From Vibrio vulnificus CMCP6 (GTDB taxonomy: Bacteria; Pseudomonadota; Gammaproteobacteria; Enterobacterales; Vibrionaceae): 32,000 nucleotides of DNA. Made by a program: the position numbers and the translations under genes. Under the pieces are notes generated by a model. The model had not been told where the DNA came from and ran no database searches. It worked only from the letters and a program-made list of their open reading frames with translations. Below are positions 9,215 to 18,133 of this stretch, piece by piece (positions within the stretch are counted from its first letter, which is position 1; every line of letters starts with the position of its first letter). The DNA is taken from the NCBI RefSeq assembly GCF_000039765.1, contig NC_004460.2, positions 330,001 to 362,000 of the forward strand. Direction: 5' to 3'.

Positions 9215-9245
9215 AAAAGCTGCTCACATGAGCAGCTTTTTTTAT
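9215..9245. terminator. Bidirectional rho-independent terminator between convergent genes
   Basis: AAAAGCTGCTCA (9215-9226) pairs with TGAGCAGCTTTT (9229-9240) as a perfect 12-bp stem. It is flanked by an A-run and a T-run. Confidence 0.85.
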
Positions 9246-9246
9246 C

Positions 9247-9732
9247 TTATTCGAACTGCCCCAACCACTCTTTAAGCACAGCGTTCAAAGCTTGTTTCTG
9301 TGGCTGTGAAAGATTTTTCAATAGCGCATGTTGAATCGCAACATGTTCTTCTATCAGCTTATTCACTGTCACCAATCCATGTTCTGTGAGCTCGACAGTA
9401 ACGCTGCGTCGATCTTCCTTGCTGTGTTGGCGCGAAATCAGACCTTTTTGCTCAAGCTTATCTAAACGGTTGGTCATTGCCCCAGAAGTCAGCATCAAAG
9501 ACCCCAATAACTCCGATGGCGTCAGACGATATGGCGCGCCACTTCTACGCAGAGTCGCAACCACGTCAAACTCTCCCATCTTGAGATCGTAACGTTTGTG
9601 CACCTCACCCACTGCGCTTTCCAAGTATTTGGTGATGCGGAATACGCGCCCCATGATAGCCATAGGCTCGGTATCTAACTCTGGTCGCTCTCTATCCCAC
9701 TGCTCTACTACACGATCAATTGCATCCATCAT
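9247..9732 (-). CDS. MarR-family transcriptional regulator
   Basis: 161 aa. It has the typical winged-helix region LTPSELLGSLMLTSGAMTNRLDKLEQKGLISR...DRRSVTVELTEHG. Confidence 0.9.
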   Translation of the reverse strand: MMDAIDRVVEQWDRERPELDTEPMAIMGRVFRITKYLESAVGEVHKRYDLKMGEFDVVATLRRSGAPYRLTPSELLGSLMLTSGAMTNRLDKLEQKGLISRQHSKEDRRSVTVELTEHGLVTVNKLIEEHVAIQHALLKNLSQPQKQALNAVLKEWLGQFE

Positions 9733-9733
9733 C

Positions 9734-9834
9734 TTATCTCAATCATTAGCTTGCGAGATATCTTAATATAAAGATACTTTACTTTCATCAAAAATAGGCA
9801 TACATTGAGTTTAATTATCTCAATGTAAAGATAT
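9734..9834. promoter_or_regulatory. Candidate MarR operators in the divergent marR/eamA promoter region
   Basis: The 10-bp direct repeat TTATCTCAAT occurs at 9734-9743 and 9815-9824. TAAAGATA occurs at 9769-9776 and 9826-9833. The second copy pair forms the pseudo-palindrome TATCT-N8-AGATA. Confidence 0.3.
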
Positions 9835-9839
9835 TTAAT

Positions 9840-10754
9840 ATGAACATACTTATCGCTATGATACCTGCCTTTTTTTGGGGAACGACCTACGCTGTTACAC
9901 AAGCAACGTTGGCTGACTGGCCACCGCTGTTACTGGGTGCATTAAGAGCGCTCCCCGCAGGGTTGCTTTTACTATTGGTTAAACCCACGTTGCCGAATCG
10001 TCGCCAAATAATCACCTTGCTTAAACTTGGAACCATCAACATTGCGGCCTTTTTTGCACTCATTTTCGTGATGGCGTTGACGCTACCATCTGCAATCTCT
10101 GGTGTAGGCATGATATCAGTGCCTGTTTTCGCGATGCTTTTTCATTGGGTTGTCGCCAAACAAGCGCCAAGTAAAGTTCAAGCTTTATGCGGTTTCGGAT
10201 TGATTAGTTTTGCTTGGTTCTTGTTTGACCCTAGCCACTTGGCTCTTAGTCCCATCGGATTGTTGGCCATGTTGTCTGCGATTTTCTGCATTATTATTGG
10301 CAGTCGTATCACCAAATCACTCGGAACAGAGATGCACTGGTGGCTTATCCTTACCTGGCAGTTGATCTTTGGTGGTATCGTATTGTCGCTTGCATCGTTC
10401 GCTCAGTTCGTTGTTGAGCCCACTCCCTACTATCAAGCATGGCAACAGTTAGATGGCCAAAATTTCATTGGCCTCGGTTGGATAGTTTTAATGAATACAG
10501 CGCTGGGATATGGCTTGTACGTTTGGCTATTACAACGAATGTCTGTGGTCGATTTTACGTTCGGTGGGATTGCAAATCCCGTTGCCGGTATCGTGTGTGG
10601 GGTTCTGCTGGTTGGCGAATCTTATACTTTTCATCAGTTTTCCCTGATGGCCGGGATGATTTTAATGTCACTTCTGCCGCAAATTGTCGGGTTGCTCTCT
10701 TCTAAAAAACGTCAGAAGCGACAAAAGGTGACATTGTCACCAAGCAATTCATGA
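9840..10754 (+). CDS. EamA/DMT-family (drug/metabolite) transporter
   Basis: 304 aa with about 10 TM segments in two repeated halves. It is divergent from the MarR gene, which is a typical regulator/exporter pair. Confidence 0.85.
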   Translation: MNILIAMIPAFFWGTTYAVTQATLADWPPLLLGALRALPAGLLLLLVKPTLPNRRQIITLLKLGTINIAAFFALIFVMALTLPSAISGVGMISVPVFAMLFHWVVAKQAPSKVQALCGFGLISFAWFLFDPSHLALSPIGLLAMLSAIFCIIIGSRITKSLGTEMHWWLILTWQLIFGGIVLSLASFAQFVVEPTPYYQAWQQLDGQNFIGLGWIVLMNTALGYGLYVWLLQRMSVVDFTFGGIANPVAGIVCGVLLVGESYTFHQFSLMAGMILMSLLPQIVGLLSSKKRQKRQKVTLSPSNS

Positions 10755-10764
10755 CATCAATAGA

Positions 10765-11871
10765 CTAATGTGTGAGTGCGATATCCCTTTGAGTCACACT
10801 CACCCCTTTGATCTGTGCAAACACACGGTCACCCTGTTTAAGATTAAGATCGGCCAACGCCCACGGGGTAATGGTCGCCCATAGAAAGCAATCTTGGGTC
10901 AACGCCAGTTTAACCGCGATGCTCTCTTTATCTTCTGCAGGGTGTCTTTTCTCAACACGCTCGACCTTCGCCTCAATAATATTACGAATTGAGGTTTTCT
11001 GCGGTTGAACGAGCGTAATGGAAACATCATTCGCCCGCACCTGGAGACGAATATCGCTACCGAGGGGCGCGTCAATCTTTTGCACCCACAGCGACGCTGT
11101 TGACGACAACATGACACGAGTCAAGGCGTATTGAGGGTGCTGTTCTGCAATGTTGGCATTAAACAAAGTGCTTTGTTCGGAGAATGATTGCCACGGGCGC
11201 ATTGCTTGCGAAGACCACACTTCAGACAACAAACCGGAAGCGACAATCTGACCTCTATCCAACACCGTGAGGTGATCTGCTAGTCGCAAGATCTCTTGCA
11301 GACTATGGGTGACATACACAATGGGTATTTCGAAGCTTTCCGAAAGCTTCTCAAGAAAGGGAAGCACTTCTTTTTTCCGCGGCATATCGAGCGAGGCCAG
11401 CGGCTCGTCCATTAATAGAATCTTGGGTGATGATAACAGTGCACGGCCAATCGCAACGCGTTGTTTTTCACCGCCAGACAGAGAAGCAGGATAGCGTTTT
11501 AGTAATGGTTGTAGCGCGAGGAGCGTCACCACTTTATCAAACATCTCTGCGTCGTACTGTTTGACGCCATACTTCAAATTGCCTTCAACATGATAGTGAG
11601 GAAATAAGCGAGAATCTTGGAATACGTAACCAATATTCCGTTGGTGTACGGGGACATTAATACCTAAAACCGAATCAAACAGCACGTCCGAGTTCAGCGC
11701 TATACGCCCTTGCTCGGGTTGAGTTAGTCCGCTGATCACATTGATAATTGACGTTTTACCTGCACCAGAACGACCAAAAATCGCGCTAACACCTTTGCTC
11801 GGAAGTTGTAATTCGATATCGAAAACAACATGACCCAACGTTTGTTTGAACGCAACTTGGAGACCCTTCAT
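10765..11871 (-). CDS. modC: Molybdate ABC transporter ATP-binding protein ModC
   Basis: Contains Walker [10 protein letters not shown], signature [15 protein letters not shown], Walker [13 protein letters not shown], and a C-terminal Mop/TOBE-like domain. The start is re-set to ATG 11871, which overlaps the modB stop (ATGA at 11869-11873). Confidence 0.92.
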
Positions 11872-12557
11872 CACTTCGCTCCCAATCGTTGTTTGGCTTT
11901 TCTGTTCAACCACTCTGATACCAATAAAGTAGACAGTGCGATAGCAATTGAAATCACACATAGTCTTGCCGCTTGCGCTTCTGCACCCGGTGTCTCGATA
12001 AAATTAAACATGGCAAGAGGCAAAGTTTGTGTTGCGCCAGGAATGTTGGAAACAAAACTGATGGTTGCCCCAAACTCCCCGAGACTGCGTGCAAAAGCCA
12101 ACATCGATCCCGAAATGATCCCGGGCAGCATCAGAGGTAATGTGATGGTGAGAAAGACTTTTATTGGTGATGCACCGAGCGTCGCCGCTGCTTGCTCTAG
12201 TTTGCTGTCGACACTTTCTAAACTGATTCGAATAGAACGCACCATCAAAGGCAGCGCAACGACCCAACAAGCCAATACCGCCCCTTTCCAGTTAAACGCA
12301 AAGGACAAGCCAAACATTTCATACAACCAACTTCCTAGCACGCCTTGGCGCCCCATCGCAATAAGCAACAAATAACCAATCACAACCGGAGGAAGAACCA
12401 AAGGAAGATGTATTGCGCTATCAAGTAGGGTTTTGCCCGGAAAGCATTTTCGTGCCAATAGCCAAGCGAAAAACACGCCAAATGGCAGTAACCAGATCAC
12501 CGTATAAAAACCCACTTTTAGGCTAAGTATTAACGCTTGGTATTCGAGTTCGCTCAC
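11871..12557 (-). CDS. modB: Molybdate ABC transporter permease ModB
   Basis: 228 aa with 5-6 TM segments and a permease EAA-type loop ([22 protein letters not shown]). Its start overlaps the modA stop by 4 nt. Confidence 0.92.
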
Positions 12558-13309
12558 GATTTCTCCAACGTTGTAAAACCATGTTTTTGAAATATGGCAG
12601 TGGCTTCTGGACCCATAAGATAATTGAAGAACGCTTTGGCGGATTCGGATTGAGTGATCAACCCAGCAGGGTAAGTAATGGGATCGTAGAGCGCTTGCTC
12701 AGGTGTCACGAGTATCTTCACTTTCTGCGACATGCGCGCATCAGTTTGGTAAACGATGCCTAACTTTGCTTCATCTCGCTCTACTAACGCAAGGGCTAAG
12801 CGAACGTTTTTGCTCGGCGCGACATGGCTCGACACCGCATTCCACACATCGGCATTTTGCAACATTTGTTTGGCGTACATACCAGCAGGTACAGAGTTGG
12901 TATCGCCTAGGGCGAGCCAATTGCCTGTTAGAAGCCTCTGCCACTGGACTTTGGATGAAACATCAAGAGTTACATTGTTGTTTTTATTGGTAATAACAAC
13001 CAACTTATTGGAAAGTAAATTTGTGACACTGTCGCTTTTGATAACCTCATGTTGGACCAGGTAGTCCATCCATTGGTTATTGGCAGAGATAAAAATGTCA
13101 CCCGGTGCACCGCTGAGCAACTGCCTTGAGAGGGACGACGAGCCACCGTAAATTGCCTGTACTTTGTGATGGTTCTGACGTTCGTAACTCTCTATCACAT
13201 CATTGATGGCATTCGTCAGTGACGATGCGGCATAAACGCGCGTTGTTTGTTGTGCACTCACCGCAGGCGCTAGCATTAGTAGCAGTAAACTCAGCCATTT
13301 GTTCATCAT
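12554..13309 (-). CDS. modA: Molybdate-binding periplasmic protein ModA
   Basis: 251 aa with signal peptide MMNKWLSLLLLMLAPAVSA. The sequence is ModA-like (VYAASSLTNA...IYGGSSSLSRQL...GDTNSVPAGMYAKQ), and the gene is followed by modBC. Confidence 0.9.
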   Translation of the reverse strand: MMNKWLSLLLLMLAPAVSAQQTTRVYAASSLTNAINDVIESYERQNHHKVQAIYGGSSSLSRQLLSGAPGDIFISANNQWMDYLVQHEVIKSDSVTNLLSNKLVVITNKNNNVTLDVSSKVQWQRLLTGNWLALGDTNSVPAGMYAKQMLQNADVWNAVSSHVAPSKNVRLALALVERDEAKLGIVYQTDARMSQKVKILVTPEQALYDPITYPAGLITQSESAKAFFNYLMGPEATAIFQKHGFTTLEKS

Positions 13310-13319
13310 ACTTCGCTCT

Positions 13320-14771
13320 CTATATGCCCAATTGACTCAGGTCCAAATGTTCTTCAATGGCATCGGCGATTCGGTCTATCGCCTGCTCCTTAAGTTGTTG
13401 GTGATTCTGAGCCTTGATTCGCACTCCATTGACCCACTCACAAATCAGCTCTAATACGGCTTCGGAGTCTAAGAAACCATGTAGATAACTGCCCATGATC
13501 TGCCCGCATTCGCTTAGTGCGCCTTCAAGCTGGCCATCATCGTTGGTGATCGGTTGATATTCATTCACTTGCGATCGCCCAACGTGTATCTCATAGCCAG
13601 TCACGTTAACGTGTTTTCCGTTTAGTGATAACTGCCCTTTAGTGTTAATCAAACACTTATCTTGGGTAAGTTCCGTGCGCGTTTTTAAGAGTCCGAGCCC
13701 TACGCTTTCGCCGGGTTCACCTTCCACACCAAACGGATCGCTGATCGACTCCCCTAACATTTGGTAGCCACCACAGATCCCTAACACCTTACCACCAAAG
13801 CGCAAATGTCTTAGAATATCCTTGTCCCAACCTTGTTCTCGAAGGTATCGAAGATCGTCACGCACTGATTTGGAACCGGGCAAGATGATCAAATCCGCGT
13901 GCTCTAATCGCTCTCCTTTGCCCACGTAACGCAAGTCAATTTGGGGATGCAGTCTGAGCACATCAAAATCCGTATGATTGCTAATCCTCGTCAGCACAGG
14001 AACCACGACTTTTAGCTTAACCTCACCAGACAACTCTTGTTGTGAGGTAATCGCATCTTCTGCCTCGAGATTCAATCCATGAAGAAATGGCAGAACGCCA
14101 ATGACGGGCTTACCTGTTTTCTCTTCGAGCCAATCGAGCCCCGATTCAAGCAACTTAATGTCACCGCGAAAACGGTTGATAACGAATCCCTTCACTCGCG
14201 CTTGTTCCGATGGAGAGAGCAATGCCAAGGTGCCATAAAGGTGTGCGAAAACGCCACCGCGATCGATATCAGCGACGATAATCACTGGGACATCGGCTTC
14301 TTCGGCAAAACCCATGTTGGCTATGTCATTCTGACGCAAATTGATTTCAGCAGGACTGCCGGCCCCTTCGATCATGATGGCTTGATATTCATCTTTTAAA
14401 CGAGCGAAAGAGTCCATCACCGTATCCATCGCCACTTTTTTGTAATTGTGGAAGCCATAGGCATCCATATTGGTCAATGCCTTACCTTGCAAAATAATCT
14501 GTGCGCCAGTATCGCTATTGGGTTTGATCAAAACCGGATTCATGTGAACGCTCGGCTCAATGCGACACGCTTGCGCTTGAACCGCCTGAGCTCGACCTAT
14601 TTCACCACCTTCTTTCGTCACCGCACTATTGAGGGCCATATTTTGTGGTTTGAAAGGGGCAACGTTTACGCCTTTACGAGCCAATACGCGGCAGAGACCT
14701 GCCACCAATACGCTTTTTCCCGCATCAGAGGTAGTGCCTTGCACCATGAGCGTGGTTACTTTTGCTTCCAT
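13320..14771 (-). CDS. cobQ: Cobyric acid synthase CobQ/CbiP
   Basis: 483 aa. The N-terminal CobQ/CobB/MinD-like ATPase region has [10 protein letters not shown]. The C-terminal glutamine amidotransferase-like domain has [10 protein letters not shown] and SYLHG. The start could instead be the internal Met at 14747. Confidence 0.9.
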   Translation of the reverse strand: MEAKVTTLMVQGTTSDAGKSVLVAGLCRVLARKGVNVAPFKPQNMALNSAVTKEGGEIGRAQAVQAQACRIEPSVHMNPVLIKPNSDTGAQIILQGKALTNMDAYGFHNYKKVAMDTVMDSFARLKDEYQAIMIEGAGSPAEINLRQNDIANMGFAEEADVPVIIVADIDRGGVFAHLYGTLALLSPSEQARVKGFVINRFRGDIKLLESGLDWLEEKTGKPVIGVLPFLHGLNLEAEDAITSQQELSGEVKLKVVVPVLTRISNHTDFDVLRLHPQIDLRYVGKGERLEHADLIILPGSKSVRDDLRYLREQGWDKDILRHLRFGGKVLGICGGYQMLGESISDPFGVEGEPGESVGLGLLKTRTELTQDKCLINTKGQLSLNGKHVNVTGYEIHVGRSQVNEYQPITNDDGQLEGALSECGQIMGSYLHGFLDSEAVLELICEWVNGVRIKAQNHQQLKEQAIDRIADAIEEHLDLSQLGI

Positions 14772-14925
14772 TTTTTATCGTCGCTATTCAAGGGAGGCCT
14801 ATTTTAGCCTTTTTTGACACTTTAGAAAATGAATCCAATATGAATCAAGCGCTAAGCAATCATTCAAATCTGTTTTGTTCTAATACCCTTATCGAAACAA
14901 CCTCGGTTAAACATAGGAAAAGAAC

Positions 14926-15294
14926 ATGAACAAAACACTTATTATCGCAATCGCTGCTTTGACAACCACACCAGCCATCGCGCTCGCCAACAACTCTTCA
15001 ACGGTACAAGGTATCAGTTTTGACGGTCCGGTGAATGTATCGGTCGTTTCCGAACTGCTGAAAGATTCAAATATGTTTACGGAGAAAGATGTCGTCGTTG
15101 AAGGAACGTTGGTCCGCCAACTCAATAAAGATACCTATATTTTCACCGATGGCAGCGCCGAGATTCAAGTAGAGCTCGATGACGATATTCGTTTTACACA
15201 AACCATTAACAGCAATACACGCCTGCGCTTGTTTGGTGAGTTTGAGGGCGGCAATACCCCTGAGATTGAAGTCGATAGTTTGACGCTGCTTTAA
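14926..15294 (+). CDS. YgiW/YdeI-family periplasmic OB-fold (BOF) stress protein
   Basis: 122 aa with signal peptide MNKTLIIAIAALTTTPAIALA. The characteristic core is VVVEGTLVRQLNKDTYIFTDGSAEIQVELDDD...RLFGEFE. Confidence 0.8.
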   Translation: MNKTLIIAIAALTTTPAIALANNSSTVQGISFDGPVNVSVVSELLKDSNMFTEKDVVVEGTLVRQLNKDTYIFTDGSAEIQVELDDDIRFTQTINSNTRLRLFGEFEGGNTPEIEVDSLTLL

Positions 15295-15375
15295 CACACC
15301 AAATAGCCAGAGTGGTACGAGTACGCTGCTTTTTCGCTTAATACACTCATTTACGTCATATTATTTTTAAGTTTG

Positions 15376-15399
15376 GCCTGCTATTTGCAGGCTTTTTTT
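15376..15399 (+). terminator. Rho-independent terminator after the YgiW-family gene
   Basis: GCCTGC (15376-15381) pairs with GCAGGC (15387-15392). The hairpin is followed by TTTTTTT. Confidence 0.7.
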
Positions 15400-15438
15400 G
15401 TAAAATACGGGCGTTAATTTTTTGGCTTTGGAGATCTC

Positions 15439-15975
15439 ATGCTAGGTAAAGCTCTCAAAACAACCTTGTTGGGTGTATGTACTTTGCTCCCAATAACAGC
15501 AAGTGCAAACAACTTCAACTACAACATGTTTGAGGTGCGTATGGGGTCAAGCCCAGGCACTTTCGGTGCGGAGTTCAACACTTACTTCACGGAAAATACA
15601 CACTTTGTCGGACGCTTTGACAGTGAATTTAGTGGGGACTGGGATCTTGCTGGTGGTATTGGTTTTAATGGTCCTATGGGGCAATTTGCCGATATTTATG
15701 GCCAAATGCTGATTCACAACATTAAAAACAGATCGAGCGATAAAATCGGTGATGAATGGAAAACCGAAGTTAACATTGGTGCTCGTGTTTGGTTGATGCA
15801 AAATGTCGAAGTTCATGGACGATTGGGGCAATTGATCTCCAATGACAGTAACAACTCTATTGTCGGTATTGGCGCTCGATTCCATTCAACTCAACAACTT
15901 TCTATCGGGGCAGACCTTCGTAATAACGGCACTTATGGACATCAGATCCTAATGTCGGTCAACTTTATGTTCTAA
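15439..15975 (+). CDS. Small outer-membrane beta-barrel protein (OmpX/OmpA-barrel-like)
   Basis: 178 aa with signal peptide ...LLPITASA. The sequence shows an alternating beta-strand pattern and ends with the C-terminal signal MSVNFMF (terminal Phe). Confidence 0.7.
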   Translation: MLGKALKTTLLGVCTLLPITASANNFNYNMFEVRMGSSPGTFGAEFNTYFTENTHFVGRFDSEFSGDWDLAGGIGFNGPMGQFADIYGQMLIHNIKNRSSDKIGDEWKTEVNIGARVWLMQNVEVHGRLGQLISNDSNNSIVGIGARFHSTQQLSIGADLRNNGTYGHQILMSVNFMF

Positions 15976-15993
15976 CTCCCTCGCTGCTATCGC

Positions 15994-16014
15994 CTAGTTT
16001 CTAGTTTCTAGTTT
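15994..16014. repeat. Tandem heptamer (CTAGTTT)x3
   Basis: Three perfect adjacent copies at 15994-16000, 16001-16007 and 16008-16014, followed by a degenerate CTTTTTA. Confidence 0.9.
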
Positions 16015-16051
16015 CTTTTTAGAAGCTACACATAACAAGCGTTAAGCAAAA

Positions 16052-16076
16052 ACAAAGGGCCAAATTGGCCCTTTGT
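16052..16076. terminator. Bidirectional terminator between convergent genes
   Basis: ACAAAGGGCC pairs with GGCCCTTTGT around an AAATT loop. A-rich sequence lies upstream and T-rich sequence downstream. Confidence 0.75.
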
Positions 16077-16104
16077 TCGTAGTACTTATCGTGTTCGCTT
16101 TTCG

Positions 16105-16722
16105 CTACTTCGTTGTCGGCTTATCTTGAACGTATTTCTGTGAAACATCGACAATTGCGACGTCTTTGAAGAAGCTACGCCCTAACAATACAGGGAAAGT
16201 TAAATGCGTTCTGTCGGTTAGCGTGAACTCGGTTTTTTCTTTGAGATCACCAATTTGAATCCAAGCTAGCACGACAGCGCGCTTTTGCGTTCCTTCCGCA
16301 CTGGATTGGCGAATGTGAACCCAGCGTTCAACAGGTAACGCGATTTCGTTACTATTGATGCCATCATGCTCGATTTTGAACTTAACCCAATCTTTGCCAT
16401 CACGCTCAAACTCAACCAAATCAACCGCACTGATGGATGAAGTTGTTGCTCCAGTATCAATTCGAGACTTAAACACCTCATTTAACCCCGGAACGTACAC
16501 CCACTCTTCTTCACCAAGAATCAACTTCCCGTCAGATGTTTTATGGGCTTTAAGTTCAAGCACTGGGCGCTCTGGTTTGGGCTGAGGCTTTGTCTGCTTT
16601 ACTGGTTCTTCTTTAATTTCCGACTTATTTTCTGCTGAAGCATCTACCGTTGCTGGTGTCACTGCACAAGCAGTTAAGCCGCCGCTAAGTAGTAAAGGCA
16701 AAATAAGTTTCAATTTCTTCAT
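16105..16722 (-). CDS. Lipoprotein with a retropepsin-like domain (the family often annotated 'putative ATP-dependent zinc protease')
   Basis: The lipobox is LLSGGLTAC. A Lys/Pro/Glu-rich linker follows. The C-terminal domain has IDTGATTSSI (DTGA aspartic-protease-type motif) and LLGRSFF. Confidence 0.7.
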   Translation of the reverse strand: MKKLKLILPLLLSGGLTACAVTPATVDASAENKSEIKEEPVKQTKPQPKPERPVLELKAHKTSDGKLILGEEEWVYVPGLNEVFKSRIDTGATTSSISAVDLVEFERDGKDWVKFKIEHDGINSNEIALPVERWVHIRQSSAEGTQKRAVVLAWIQIGDLKEKTEFTLTDRTHLTFPVLLGRSFFKDVAIVDVSQKYVQDKPTTK

Positions 16723-16735
16723 CCAATCACCTGCA

Positions 16736-17923
16736 TTAACGTTGTGAGACTTTGACTATCGCGTCTGCCACGTATGGAATGTGAGCTTCTGTAAGGCCAG
16801 CGATGTTAATTCGCCCGTCACCTACACCATAAATTCCATATTCATCTCGTAGCGTTCCCATTTGCTCAGGTGTAAAGCCTAGCACAGTAAACATACCCTT
16901 GTGGCTTTCAATGAAGTCGAATTGTGACGTATTGTGTTGATTTCTCAATTCATTACATAAAGTTTGACGCAGGTTTAACAAACGTTGCTGCATTTCACAC
17001 AATTCTTGCTTCCAAGTGGTTGTAAGTTCGACATTTTGTAGGATTGTTTTGACCAATGCAGCACCGTGATCAGGCGGCATGGTGTAAGTTGAACGTGCGA
17101 GTGTCAGCAACTTACCTTTCGCGTTTGATGATTCTTTTGCGTTTTTGCCAATCACAATGGCCGCGCCAGTACGTTCACGGTAAAGACCAAAATTCTTCGA
17201 ACATGAAGTGGTAATCAGCATTTCTTCAACACGGTCAGCCATGAACTGCAGCCCTTTTGCGTCTTCTTCAAGGCCATCACCAAAGCCTTGGTAGGCAATA
17301 TCAACAAAGGGTGTGAAACCGTTCTTTACTGCCAAATCGGTGATGGCTTGCCAAGCAGCAAAATCAATGTCTGCTCCCGTTGGGTTGTGACAACAACCAT
17401 GAAGCAGTACGACATCCTTTGGACCTGCAGTAGCAAGATCATCTAACATCTGGCCGATGTCGACTTGCTTTGTTTCTGGGCTGAAGTAGCGGTAATAACG
17501 CACTTTCAACCCGGCAGCTTCCATCACTGGCTTATGGTTCACATAACTAGGGTTAGAGATCCAAACGGTGGTGTCTGGCTGTGCCACTTTCATCAAATCT
17601 CCGAGCATACGCAGTGCGCCACTGGCTCCCGGTGTTTGAATCGCACTCACTCGGTCAAGTACGGAAGTACCCGCAAGCAATAAATTCACCATCGATTGGT
17701 TAAACTCTTCGCATCCCGCTAGGCCGACGTACGACTTGGTTGTCTGTGTATCAGCAACGATTTTTTGCGCTTGGGACACCGCACGCATGATTGGCGTTTC
17801 GCCTTTGTTGTTTTTGTATACGCCAATGCCAAGGTCTACTTTTTGGTCACGCGGATCGTTACGAAAAGCAACGGTTAGAGAAAGAATAGGATCTAAAGCT
17901 GGTGTTGGTAATTGAGAGAACAT
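16736..17923 (-). CDS. Class-I aminotransferase of the AspC/TyrB family (aspartate/aromatic amino acid)
   Basis: The N-terminus MFSQLPTPALDPILSL...DLGIGVYKNNKGETPIM aligns with E. coli AspC/TyrB N-termini. The PLP-lysine context is SCSKNFGLYRERTG. The start is set at ATG 17923 by homology; the ORF-track GTG 17932 is less likely. Confidence 0.9.
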   Translation of the reverse strand: MFSQLPTPALDPILSLTVAFRNDPRDQKVDLGIGVYKNNKGETPIMRAVSQAQKIVADTQTTKSYVGLAGCEEFNQSMVNLLLAGTSVLDRVSAIQTPGASGALRMLGDLMKVAQPDTTVWISNPSYVNHKPVMEAAGLKVRYYRYFSPETKQVDIGQMLDDLATAGPKDVVLLHGCCHNPTGADIDFAAWQAITDLAVKNGFTPFVDIAYQGFGDGLEEDAKGLQFMADRVEEMLITTSCSKNFGLYRERTGAAIVIGKNAKESSNAKGKLLTLARSTYTMPPDHGAALVKTILQNVELTTTWKQELCEMQQRLLNLRQTLCNELRNQHNTSQFDFIESHKGMFTVLGFTPEQMGTLRDEYGIYGVGDGRINIAGLTEAHIPYVADAIVKVSQR

Positions 17924-18038
17924 GAAAGTCACAACCCTTTGAAATTCAAGTTACGGAGTTATCTCCAGATAGTGCGATAAAACTTAACATCAAAGCGTCT
18001 AACTTCGAAACATATTTTTTCTGACGACGGTAATTAAA

Positions 18039-18101
18039 GAATAAAACGCTATCAGCAAGCGCACCTTTGCCTTCCAGGCACTCACCGATAGCGTTTTATT
18101 C
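18039..18101 (-). repeat. 15-bp perfect inverted repeat with a 33-nt spacer (possible structured terminator of the MCP gene)
   Basis: GAATAAAACGCTATC (18039-18053) pairs with GATAGCGTTTTATTC (18087-18101). The spacer contains an inner TGCC/GGCA stem. The repeat lies 33 nt downstream of the MCP stop. Confidence 0.5.
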
Positions 18102-18133
18102 CGTGTCGAATTCTCTCTCTGTAGAAGGCGTCT

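Noticed and set aside
10755-10764. Only 10 nt, and no hairpin, between the convergent eamA and modC stops
   Set aside because: This was noted as possible transcriptional interference. Convergent genes without an intrinsic terminator are common, so there is nothing further to support a claim.
11872-11961. 30-codon extension of modC overlapping modB
   Set aside because: The ATGA overlap at 11869-11873 gives the classic coupled modB stop and modC start. The extension would be translated out of the modB 3' end in another frame.
14772-14925. Possible cobalamin riboswitch upstream of cobQ
   Set aside because: The region is too short (154 bp, shared with the ygiW promoter). I could find no B12-box-like sequence or the multi-stem architecture on the minus strand. 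A covariance-model scan would be the decisive check.
14840-14929. 29-codon upstream ORF whose TGA overlaps the YgiW-family ATG (ATGA)
   Set aside because: It has no SD before its ATG and the peptide is not distinctive. The overlap is most likely coincidental, although leader-peptide coupling cannot be fully excluded.
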